From Octopus sinensis (taxonomy: Eukaryota): a stretch of DNA of 20,779 nt. The notes under the pieces are model-generated. The model did not search any database, had not been told where the DNA came from, and saw only the letters and a program-made list of their open reading frames with translations. The stretch's first letter is position 1. Every line of letters starts with the position of its first letter. Below are positions 9,133-19,885 of this stretch, piece by piece. The translations under genes and the position numbers were made by a program. The DNA is taken from positions 1 through 20,779 of the forward strand of contig NW_021823918.1 of assembly GCF_006345805.1 (NCBI RefSeq), in the 5' to 3' direction.

Positions 9133-9360
9133 ATTCCTTTCTACTAAAGGCACAAGGCCTGAAAGTTTGGGGGAAGGGACTAGTCAATTACATAATAATA
9201 ATTTGTAATAAAACTAAAAAAAAACTTCACATGAAGTGTAATCTCTTTTGATCAACCTCCTAGTTATTTTACTCATTGATCCTAGTGGGTTCAATAAAGG
9301 CCAGCTGATATCAGAAATATTTGAACTCAAATCATGAATTTGTGACGAAATACCACAATC
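9133..9360 (-). mobile_element. Decayed SINE family B pieces
   Basis: GGCACAAGGCCTGAAA...GTCAATTACAT and ATTTGAACTCA match the other family B copies. Confidence 0.5.
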
Positions 9361-9784
9361 TGTTACTCTTCCATTTTTACCACTCTATTGTTCCAAGAAT
9401 GATGATGAAAGGATACATTGTTTCGTGAAGTAATAGTGTTGCAGTTGAAATGTTGAGGAAATTGATATAATCTTTCATTTATCAGTTGCCTGTAATTTGA
9501 TGAGATTAATTTACCAATTTAATTAACATAAGTAAGTTTGCGTCACCATAAAGATGTTACCTTAAATTCTCTTTTCTCAGGGTTTTAAACTGAATATAAC
9601 AATAATAAACCAAGAACATGTTAACCAAAAGAAAATGCTCCTGTTTGTCTGTGGACATTTATGAAAAATAAACATATCTATTTCAGAGAAGAGCTAACAA
9701 AGTTGGTGATTTCTGGACAATCAATATTGTCTTTTAGATTTCTGTTTTAGTAGGGTAGGTGAGCTTAACTGTCTGGAAGTGCAA

Positions 9785-10158
9785 GTCTGTGGAATGAAGC
9801 TTCTCAATCACATGGTTCCAGGTTCAGTCCCACTGTGTAGCACTTTGGGTAAGAGTCTTCTACTGTAGCTTCAGGCCAAGCAAAGCCTTGTGAGTGAATT
9901 TGGCTGATAGAAATTAAAAAAAGAAGCCCATCATATATATATGTGTGTGTGTTTGCTCCACCCCCCACCCCCCATATTGCTTGATAACCAATGCTGGTGT
10001 GTTTATATCCTCGTATCTTAATGGTTCAACGAAAGAGACCGATAGAATAAATACTAGGCTGACAAAAAAATAAGTCCTGGGGTTGATTTCTTCAACTAAA
10101 ATACTTTATGGTGGTGCTCCAGCAAGGCCACAGTCAAATGACTGAAACAAGTAAAAGA
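9785..10158 (+). mobile_element. Near full-length SINE family A
   Basis: Reverse-complement colinear with 3931-4320; GGTTCAGTCCC box; ends GACTGAAACAAGTAAAAGA. Confidence 0.85.
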
Positions 10159-10497
10159 CTAATCCAGGAGTTAAAGAGAGAACATTTTTTGCTGGCAATT
10201 AGCCAAAGCTTTCTTCTTCTCCAGTCAGCTTGGAATGTTTTACAGATATCGATCTATAGTTGTGACGCTGACCATATCAACCTAATCAGTCTAGAAAGGC
10301 TCCCTTTCCTTCCTGTCCTCCTACTGCTTTTAGAATAAAGTTAATGAAGTTGTTTAGAGTATTATGGCATATATTTCCATATTCTCTATATAGAACTGGG
10401 TAATTTGACCACAATTTTATTGACACATACAACAGAGTCTATGTTCAGGGTTTGAACAAAATAATGGAAACACCTTAAAATTTCAAACAAATTTATT

Positions 10498-11640
10498 TTA
10501 ATATGGGAGCCAGATGTAGAAACACTGCCAGATCAGACTGGAGCCTGGCGCAGCTTCCTGGCTTCCCAGACCCTGGTCAAACTGTCCAACCCATGCTAGC
10601 ATGGAAAACGGACATTAAACGATAATGATGATGATGGGGTAGGACCGCCTTTGGCAGTAAATACAGCTTGAATTCTATGAGGTATGGACTCATACAAAGT
10701 CTGAATTTTTTCAAAAGGAATTTTGTCCATTCTTCAGCTAAAACAGTTTCCAGTTCTTGTAGAGATGATGGTGGAGGATATCGACTCCTTACTTGTTTTT
10801 CTAAAATGCACCATAAATGTTCAATAATATTGAGATCTGGGGACTGTGGTGGCCAGATAAGATGTCCAATGTCACCAGAATGTTCCTTGTGCCATTCAGT
10901 AACAACTTTAGCTGTGTAAATTGATGCATTATCATCCTGAAAGATTGTGTTTCCCTCCAGAAACAGTTTCACAACCATAGGATGAATTTGATCAGATAAA
11001 ATGCTTAAATAATCTTGACTATTAATTCTGCCATGAAGGCAAACCATTGGGCCGGTGGATCTCCAAGATACAGACCCTCAGATCATCACAGATCCTCCTC
11101 CATGTTTAACAGTTGGAAGAAGGCAGTCTGGATCAAATATTTCCTTTGGCTGTCTCCACACATATACTTGGCTGGTGGTTGGAAATAAGGTAAAGGATGA
11201 CTTGTCCAAGAAAACAACATTCTTCAACTACTCTAGGGACAATTCTGTAGGTTTTTACTCCACTCTAAATGCTTTGCAACATTTGTTTTTGAAAGTAGTG
11301 CTTTTCTTATTGCAGCCCTCCTGTGAAATCTGACTTTGTGCAACTCCTGGTGAGCAGTTTTTCTGGAAACTGGGTTCTCGAGGTAGTCATTAAGCTCTGC
11401 AGTAATTTTGGGAGTTGTACTTTTGTGATTCTTTCTAACAGTTCGCATAAGAGTCCAAAGGTCCCTATCTATAAGTTTTGGTTTTCTTCTGGAGTTGTTT
11501 CGACAAGCAGGTTTTTCCCTCTTTTTCAAAGGGTGTCATTACTTTCAAGACAGTACTTCTTGATACACCAAACATTTTGGCTGTTTTCGTTACACTAGCA
11601 CCCGCCATACGATTCTTTGAAAGTCCAATAAATCTGCCAT
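10498..11640 (-). pseudogene. Tc1-family transposase pseudogene
   Basis: ATG at 11640 (MADLLDFQR...MAGASVTKTAKMFGVSRSTV, helix-turn-helix region); IFQDDNA...WPPQSPDLNIIEHLW; reconstructed end AKGGPTPY* (stop 10500-10498); several frameshifts. Confidence 0.92.
10508..10633 (+). mobile_element. 5'-truncated RTE-like LINE 3' end nested in the Tc1 element
   Basis: CCATGCTAGCATGGAAAACGGACATTAAAC(GAT)n tail shared with five other copies; TSD ATGGG at 10503-10507 and 10634-10638. Confidence 0.88.
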
Positions 11641-12804
11641 TTTAATGAATTTTAATTACCTTTTTCTGATGATATCTGAAAAGGAACAGCAATTTTAGCA
11701 AAACATATTAAGCAACACTAATAATAAATCAAAAAACATAAAAATAAACAAGCTTTTGATGGTTTTATAGATATTTCAAAATTATGACACTATGATGCTA
11801 GGTGTTTCCATTATTTCGTCCAACCCCTGTATATGTGTGTGTATGTGTATACATGTACATTAGTGATCATGGAAAACAGTACATGAAATAGTGGTTGAAA
11901 CAAAAAAAATTTGGCAAGGATTCAGAATTTGGTCCAAGTAACTATTGGAAATTTAAGGTGGAAACATGAAATAGAAAATAAAGTTTGATAAACTTAATAA
12001 CACTGAAATATATGGATGTTACAGAATCACTTCCAAAAGAACTGAACATTAACAAATGGTGTACTATTCATTTTTTTTTTTTTCATATGACAAACTAAAA
12101 ACTTAATGGCCTAACCTACATTATTGTAAAAGACCAGCATCATAACTTAAAGCAAATTAGATGAAGATGGTCACAGTGTAGATGAAAAAGTAATTATTTA
12201 TAGGGAATAATGTATGTAATGAACTGAGGGAATTTGGTCTGACAATGCAGCAGCTAAATCTTCAACATGTTAACAAGGAAAGCGAGATTGTCACACTAAA
12301 AATAATGAAATGCATTGTTTGATCAACAAACCCAGCACATCAGGTATATTAAAGAGAAGCTGACTGAAGCTACCCAACATATAGGGAAAAATATAAAAAA
12401 AAGACAGACTGAAGATTTCTTTAAACAAGCATTGACAACAGCTTATGTAACAAGAAGAGCCAAGTAATAGATAAATTGACAGAGAAATAATAATGAGTTA
12501 TTGCTATTGACAGTAAAAGTTGTAATATGTCCAGAGAAAGAATATAACTGAAGAATATATTAAATCAGAAAAAAACTAAATTTAATGCATTTACCTTAAA
12601 ACAGTTACTTTAAATATCTATGCAGAAAATATGTTACTCTTTTTAACTACTATGTTGCTTAGAGGTGTGAACAAGAGAATCATCAGTAAGATAGTGTGAG
12701 TGAATAATTAATCTTCAATAAAGGCAACTGATCTGGAAGAACAGTTACTCCAAAATATATTCCAGGATGAATATATTTAGTATGAGAATATAACTAACAT
12801 AGTA

Positions 12805-13012
12805 GATGTTTAACCACAGGGTAACTCTGGTCAAACAACTCTACTCTATGATTAATGGCAGCCCAACCATGATTAATCTGTCTACATTTTCAGATATAGC
12901 AATTCTAGGATCTCATTATCTAATATACCTTTCCTTTTAAGGTTGTAGGGTATGATTTAAGGGGTCTTGGTTGCTACTTTTAACAGGTCAAATGACCACA
13001 TAGAAACTGCCT
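12805..13012. mobile_element. Possible old interspersed repeat
   Basis: GGGTATGATTT...GCTACTTTTAACAGGTCAAATGACCACATAGA resembles a repeat I recall from cephalopods; no second copy in the window. Confidence 0.3.
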
Positions 13013-13607
13013 AAATATACATTTAGTCAATTTTATTGTAGTAATTGTTATTTAGAATTTCTAGCCAGTACATCCTTGTCATGAGAACATACACCAAAGA
13101 CTGAGAAAGGTAACTTATTTATGATGAAAATGTTTTTCACATTGAACAGCCATAAATCACATGAATAAATTATAATTTAATGTATCTATATGAAGACAGT
13201 ATTTAAATTCATCATCAACACTTTATATCCACTTGTCCATGCTTCTTATTTCGAGTCATTGCCCTCCAAGAGGAGTCCAGTACAAGTCTCATTTATATAA
13301 TCCAAACATGTTAAAAATGGAGCATTCTAGCATGGCATTGAATAATCAAAAACTGTTAGACCATGTATCAACAAAATGTAAAGAATGTGAGAAGCTGAAT
13401 CACTTTAATTAATTGCAAAACAACATTCTGATCTTTTACTGAGTTGTTTTATATAATTATTTATCAATTTCGTAGACCAGTATAAGAAACAGCTGGTCAC
13501 ACTATTAACTACTGAAATAATGTCATATATATCATAAAGAAAGTCCATCAACATTATCAACTGTAGTAAGGGCATCTGCTAAAAAGGCAGTAAGGGCATC
13601 TGCTAAA

Positions 13608-14183
13608 TTGGCAATGAAATGCAGATTGTTGACAGGATGGATTCTTAGAACTTTTAGAACAAGAAATCAAGAAACTACGATGGTCCTCTGGAGGACACTT
13701 GTCCTCAGCAACATTAACTATTGCTCTCAGCTATGGTCACCAACCAGTGTCAAATTAATCTCAGAACTTGAGGCAATCCAACGAAGCTACATGAAGAAGA
13801 TAGCCTCTATGCAGCATATAGGCTATTGGGAAAGACTCAAGAGATTGAGACTCTATTCCTTAGAGCGTAGGTGAGGAAGATATGCCATAATATACATCTG
13901 GAAGGACTTGTCCCTAACTTTGGCATTGAGAGTTACACAAATACTAGAACTGGGTGCCACTGCATAATGCCAAGGATTCCAAATTTGCCATCAAGATGTA
14001 GGACAAGATACTGCAATAGCCTGGGCTTCAAAGGTCCACAGCTCTTCAATATCCTCCCAAAGGACCTGAGAGACCTGCATGGGGTGGATGTAGGTGTCTT
14101 CAAAATAAAGCTGAACCTCTTCCTGTCAAGTGTCCCAGATGAATCAACTTTATGGCCGGAGGTGTAGATGAGGGCAGCTGCAT
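13608..14183 (+). pseudogene. CR1-clade LINE ORF2 C-terminal remnant
   Basis: GWILRTF...YCSQLWSP...LEAIQR...YWERLKRLRLYSLERR, then after a frameshift GPQLFNILP...FKIKLNLFLSSVPDE: typical post-RT region of CR1-group ORF2. Confidence 0.88.
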
Positions 14184-14257
14184 ATGTATATAATATATAT
14201 AACATATATTATATATATATTTTTAATATATAAAATATATATATATATTATACATGC

Positions 14258-14288
<31 letters not shown>

Positions 14289-14349
14289 GCATATATATAT
14301 GTATATATATATATATATATATATAATATGCATATATATAATATATATT
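14182..14349. repeat. Irregular (TA)n array
   Basis: Direct reading. Confidence 0.95.
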
Positions 14350-14350
14350 T

Positions 14351-14514
14351 GGTTCAGTCCCACTGTGTGGCACCTTGAGTAAGTGTCTTCTACTATAGCC
14401 TTGGGCTGACCAAAGCTTTGTGAGTGGATTTAGTAGATGGAAACTGAAAGAAGCCTATCATATATTATGTGTATATGTATGTGTGTGTATACGTTTGTGT
14501 ATCTGTGTTTGTCC
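14351..14514 (+). mobile_element. SINE family A, truncated at both ends
   Basis: Starts at the B-box-like GGTTCAGTCCC; colinear with 9821-9955. Confidence 0.85.
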
Positions 14515-14537
14515 ACAATATCATATCTTCTCCACTA

Positions 14538-15447
14538 CGGTTCCCTAAAACTTGAGAACTACACAACCAATTTCATTCAAATTTTACACATGCCTTACTT
14601 AGGGTCCATGTAGTTTCATGGGCAAAAAAAAATGTTCAACTTCATGCCTAGGGCGAGCCCATAGCAATATCATATCTTCTCCACTATTTCAGTATTACGT
14701 GTTAAAAGTGAAACAAAAACATTTTTCTATTTTATGTCTGATACTTTCACTTTAACAATAAAAATTAGAGATAATAATAACAATTGAATTACATGTAGTA
14801 AGTAATAATTAAAATCAAACTAAAGTATAATATAATCGTAACATAACAAAAGTAAAAATAGCAATTGGTATAAAATTGCATCAATGACTTGAATTTGAAT
14901 AAGTGGTTTCACATGAATGGGAATAAATTAAAAATAAAATTAGCGTGCAGAAATGGAATAGTCCAGATGGACTATTATACATAAAGGACTATAGCTTCAA
15001 CTGCGTACTGCGACTATGAAAGATATCTAACCAGAGGTGGTAAATTCACCACAATAGAAGCAAGGTTCGAGTCAACGGAGCGTGCAAGGGAGTACTCGAC
15101 TCAAATGTTGCAAAGTGGAAATATTTTATTTTCAACTTTATATCTGGGATGTAGGACGTCCCAGATAAAAATTTTAAATGCCCCCCCAGAAGTAGAGGTA
15201 GGCTGGATTGTAGCCACACTTCTATACAAGAGGGAGGACAAGATACAATTGATCGAAATTGCAAGAGACGGGCCTACAATTCCAGTCTGTTATATATTTT
15301 GAGTATTGTTATCACTAGCGATATTAAGATATAACTTTGTATTTTGTATTTTATGTGTAGATGTATATATATAGATGTACATGTAATATGTACACATATA
15401 TGCATGCACTAGCACTATGACCTGACAACAATGGGTCATAATGCTAG
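14538..15447 (+). mobile_element. Non-autonomous Helitron-like element (5' end missing)
   Basis: 3' hairpin ACTAGCACTATGACC...GGTCATAATGCTAGT (15408-15448, 14/15 arms) ending CTAG followed by T. Internal continuity is inferred. Confidence 0.55.
14985..15302 (+). pseudogene. Stop-free 105-codon frame, probably a LINE (L1/Tx1-like) ORF1 fragment
   Basis: ...YLTRGGKFTTIEARFESTERAREYSTQMLQSGNILFSTLYLGCRTSQIKILNAPPEVEVGWIVATLL...; more GC-rich than its flanks. Family assignment is from memory only. Confidence 0.45.
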
Positions 15448-15534
15448 TATATATATATAAGATATATTATATATATATATATAATATATAATATATATAT
15501 ATATAATATAATATAATATGGTATATATAATATA
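15448..15534. repeat. Irregular (TA)n array
   Basis: Direct reading. Confidence 0.95.
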
Positions 15535-15843
15535 TCATCATCATCGTTTAACGTCTGTTTTCCATGCTAGCATGGGTTGGACGGTTCAACCGGCGTCTGG
15601 GAAGCCAGAAGGCTGCGCTAGGCTCCAGTCTGATCTGGCAGTGTTTCTACGGCTGGATGCCCTTCCTAACGCCAACCACTCCATGAGTGTAGTGGGTGCT
15701 TTTTGTGTGCCGCCAGCACAGGGGCCAGATGAAGCTGGCAAACGGCCATGCTCGGTTGGTGCTTTTTATGTGTCACCGACACGAACGCCAGTCAGGCGGC
15801 GCTGGCATCAGCCACATTCAAATGGTGCTTTTTACGTGCCACT
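15535..15843 (-). mobile_element. RTE-like LINE 3' fragment
   Basis: (CAT)n CGTTTAACGTC...CCATGCTAGCATGG; reverse complement matches 10508-10633 and 19440-19625. Confidence 0.88.
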
Positions 15844-16008
15844 TGCAAACCATTAGATATGATAGGACTGTTGTTAACCCAATACCACAGTCTAATAACA
15901 ACAGTAATACACAAACAGTGAATTTACTTAACTCTCTTATAAATGATTCCACAACAAATTCAGCTATCACACCACACATGCCATAATAAATAATATATAT
16001 TTATATAG

Positions 16009-16657
16009 ATGATGAGCAGCCGAGACCTTTGGAGAAATGCTGTGCTTAAGAAGACCCGGCAAGCCAAGCAAGACCGTAACCATGACCTATGCCAGTGCAG
16101 CATAACCGGCCCATTTAAGAGCACCCTTCAATCATTGGGCTTTAGAAGACCTGTTGAATGAAGTGAAATCATTGTCATGGCTGATGCCATACCGCCTAAC
16201 TGGCTCCCATGCTAGTGGCACATAAAAAACACTATTCAAGTGTGGTCATTGCTAGTGCCGCCTGACTAGCTCCCATGCCGTTGGCACGTAAAAAGCAGCA
16301 TTCGAGGGTGGTTGTTGCCAGTGCCATCTGATTGGTTCCTGTGCCAGTAGCACCATTTGAGCATGGTCATTGCTAGTGTCATGTGATTGGCTCTAATGCT
16401 GGTGGCACATAAAAAGCACCATTCAACATGGTCGATGCCAGTACCACCTGACTCATCCTCCTGTCATTAGCATGTAAAGAGCCTCCACTACACTCTCTGA
16501 GTGGTTGGCATTAGGAAGGGCATCTAGGGCATCTAGTTGTAGAAACCTTGCTAGATCAGATAGGGGCATGGTACAGCCTTCTGGTTGTCAGTCCTTAGTT
16601 AAACTGTCCAACCCATGACAGTATGGAAAGTGGACATTAAACGATGATGATAATGAT
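16009..16657 (+). mobile_element. RTE-like LINE 3' fragment with ORF end and about 66-bp tandem repeats in the 3' UTR
   Basis: Begins with coding-like SSRDLWRNAVLKKTRQAK (resembles the RTE-type DR..WR terminus); about 4.5 diverged units at 16201-16490; (GAT)n tail. Confidence 0.8.
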
Positions 16658-18135
16658 ATATATATATATATATAAATAAATAAACATATTTACATATCGC
16701 TTCCACCACCATGACCAGAATCATCATAACTCATTCTTTTCCTGCTGTTATAAATTCAACAAGCTTACACCACAAGTTTTTTTTATTTAGTTATCTTTAT
16801 CCTATTGCATTAGAATCTATATTTGCACATCTCTACACAGAAATAAATGATATTGAAACCCTGATGTTATGCAATTTCTTCATTATCTGGCGGAAGACAC
16901 CTTGAAATTACTGAAGGCCTTTTATCACCATTTCCTTGTCTCCTTTCTGACTTATGCATCATATACTATGTAGTTTATACAGATTAGCCATTCTTTTGTC
17001 ATCAGCTGTTGAAATCAATTACATTTTTGTGTTTCGAGTTGCCTAAATTTTCAATTGTCCTTTCATGTGTATCAAATGATTTACCAAATGAAACTAAAAT
17101 GGTATGCAATACAAATGAAGTCTGCAATACAAATAAGTAAAATGTCTGTAAATTAGACCTACCCAACCTACATTCACATGACTGAATGGCTTATGTTCCT
17201 ATGTAAGAACTACTTCCTAAGATCATTTGTGAAATTACACTATGGAATTGATTCTTTCACAATTTATTCCACTCTCCCTTCCTCTCTCACTCTTTGAAAT
17301 TGATCACTTATGACATGTGACTGTTTGTCCATTGACTCCCTACTTTTCAACAGCATCATCAACAATAGAAATTTTACTATAATTTTTATCATTCTAATTT
17401 AGAGGAGTGGGTCATATTATCGTAGATAATCATTATATTGATATTTTATCATTTTCATTGTTAAAATTATGACAGAAAATAGGTTAGTTTATCAGAAAGA
17501 TTGTGTACACTCTTTGAATGTGTGATCGTACATTTAACAAAAACGTCACTTCTACACATGCATCAGTTTTCTTTTCATAATTGAGCCTAAATTGTTTAGT
17601 TAAAGTCTATCTTGTTGTTCTGTAATGTTTATTGTGTTAGGGCAAGAGCAAAGTCTGTTCATAGAACAAACTTTGATATTTTCATGTTTACCCACTCCAA
17701 AAATCTTAAGCTCGCTTCTGATTTTGGTGTCTTTTATATCTTTGCTAGGCTAAATTGTTGTACTAATTCAAATATTTACACATCAACTTTTTAATTACAA
17801 GTTATATTATCAGACCTGTATTCTAATAGTGGCAATAGAACTTTCAAAATTTTCACAGGCTGAACTTTTACAATTTCCTGAGGTTTATTGACGTTGTAAG
17901 TTGGAAAGACTCATGTTACATGAGATCTCTTCAACTATATGAAACCAGACTGTCAACTGTGGCAAACAGATTAATGTGTTCTGAACACACACCACCCACA
18001 AACTATACATGACAGGATTTTAACTTTTATGACATGTTCGCTATTATACTTAGATAAATGTATTTAAACAGAAACAGACACAATTTACATCATGATGATG
18101 ACTATTATCAATCTAACATCTTTTTTAAATTCCAG

Positions 18136-18234
18136 TTTCAAGTACTGACATCAGGTATGAAAGATCAGGCAAAAGGTGAACAGACAGACAGAGCTGCCTC
18201 TCCAGAACTATTCAATTGGTGTCCTGAAATCAAA
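18136..18234 (+). CDS. Candidate 99-bp phase-0/0 internal exon of an unknown gene (FQVLTSGMKDQAKGEQTDRAASPELFNWCPEIK)
   Basis: Acceptor TTTTTTAAATTCCAG|, donor AAA|GTAAGT, length divisible by 3, only one frame open, non-repetitive context. No homology recognised. Confidence 0.4.
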
Positions 18235-18330
18235 GTAAGTTGTATTAATGATTTCCTAAGCTACTAGAATATTTTACAACATTCTACTTCCGTTTGCTTT
18301 AATTACTTACTCTGTTAATGAAGTTTAAGT

Positions 18331-18453
18331 ACTACACTCTCTGAGTGGTTGGCAATAGGAAGGGCGTCTAGCTGTAGAAACCTTGCCAGATCAGATTGGA
18401 GCATGGTACAGCCTTCTGGTTGACAGTATGGAAAGTGGACATTAAACGATGAT
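18331..18453 (+). mobile_element. RTE-like 3' fragment, apparently a local copy of 16487-16648
   Basis: Shares variants with the 16.5-kb copy that the other copies lack; has a 30-bp internal deletion. Confidence 0.85.
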
Positions 18454-18966
18454 TAAGGATTTCTGGTTTTGTCATTCCTCCTAAAACTTTAATTCCAAAT
18501 TATTTTGTTCTAAACCAACTTCATTTACTGCCAAACATTAGCAAGTTCTTCCTTCTATTCAACTGTCATATTGAAATCCAGGTTTTTCTGTCTATCTCTA
18601 TCTCTGTCTCTATCTGTCTCTCTCACTGCTATTCTCTCAGCTCATTCAGTTTGCTTCTCAGTTTTACATTGTAAATCATTTACATAACACTTAACTGAAT
18701 GCTGCAAGTAATTTGAATGTGTAATACCTTTCTGTGACTCTGGAAGTTCAGACCATGAATCAGTTGCTGGTTAACCTATTATTGAATTTCTGTTGTTTGG
18801 ATAATTGAAAAAATAACACAAAGAATATGCAAGATTTGTTACAGACACAAAATGATTAGCTGTGTTTCAATGCCATATGGCATCATACTTCAGGCTCATA
18901 TGATATACAGTGTATATTTTTTTAACCTGAAGTAAACCCTGACTGTTGTATTACATTAGTTATATT

Positions 18967-19630
18967 GAGACCATAACCTCATGGCCTATGCCAGGAACGT
19001 AACCAGCTCACTTATGCATATCTTTTCCTTCTTTGGTCACTAAACTCTGCTTGCGATGACCTGTTGAGGCAAGTGACATCAAAATCAAAATCAAATTCGA
19101 TGACTGGCATCCGTGCTAGCGGGGTGCAAAGAGCACTGTATGAGTGTGATCGTTGACAGAGCAGCTAACCGGCTTCCATGTCAGTGGCACATAAAAGGGC
19201 ACCATTCGAGTGTGATCATTACCAGCATCGCCTTACTGGCACTTGTGCCTGTGCTAGTAGGGTGCCAAGAGCACTATCCGAGCGTGATCATTGCCAGAGC
19301 AGCCATCTAGCTTCCGTGCCAATGGCACGTAAAAGGGCGCCATTCGATCATTACCAACGTCGCCTTACTGGCACCTGGGCCGGTGGCATGTGTAAAAAGA
19401 TTTGAGCGAGGTCATTGCCAGTATCGCCTAACTGGCCCCCGTGCCGGTGGCACATAAAAAGCACCCACTACACTCTCGGAGTGGTTGGCATTAGAAAGGG
19501 CATCCAGCTATAGAAACTCTGCCAGATCAAGATTGGGGCCTGGTGCAGCCATCTGATTCGCCAGCTCTCAGCCAAAATCATCCAATTCATGCTAGCATGG
19601 AAAGCAGACGTTAAACGATGATGATTATGA
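18967..19630 (+). mobile_element. RTE-like LINE 3' UTR fragment with internal tandem repeats
   Basis: Colinear with 16070-16657; repeats at about 19105-19465; (GAT)n tail. Confidence 0.85.
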
Positions 19631-19647
19631 ATAAACATGCATTTTAA

Positions 19648-19836
19648 CATCATCATCATTATCATTTAATGTCCATCTTCCATGCATACATGGATAGGAC
19701 AGATAAAGGGAACCAGCCCAGTAGAAGACTACCTTAGGTTATTGTATCTGTTTGGGGCAGGGTTTTTACGGTTGGATGCCCATCCTAACACCAACCACTT
19801 TGCAGAGTGGACAGAGTTCTTTTTGCATGGCACCAG

Positions 19837-19838
<2 letters not shown>
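19648..19838 (-). mobile_element. Older RTE-like 3' fragment
   Basis: (CAT)n TTTAATGTCC...GGATGCCCATCCTAACACCAACCACT; matches the family. Confidence 0.8.

Positions 19839-19885
<47 letters not shown>

Larger units (their letters stand above)
10446..11829 (-). mobile_element. Full-length Tc1-superfamily DNA transposon, DD36E (Incomer-type), decayed
   Basis: TIRs 10446-10474 and 11801-11829 (26/29 complementary). TA follows the right TIR; TT precedes the left. Length is 1253 bp once the nested insert is removed. Confidence 0.92.

Noticed and set aside
9568-9764. Strong acceptor TCTCTTTTCTCAG and donor TAG|GTGAGC
   Set aside because: All three frames contain stops; a non-coding exon cannot be supported without RNA data.
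9785-9835. tRNA gene
   Set aside because: The B box belongs to a SINE head; no cloverleaf.
11666-11684. CTGATGA...GAAA hammerhead boxes
   Set aside because: Only 5 nt between the boxes, so stem II cannot form.
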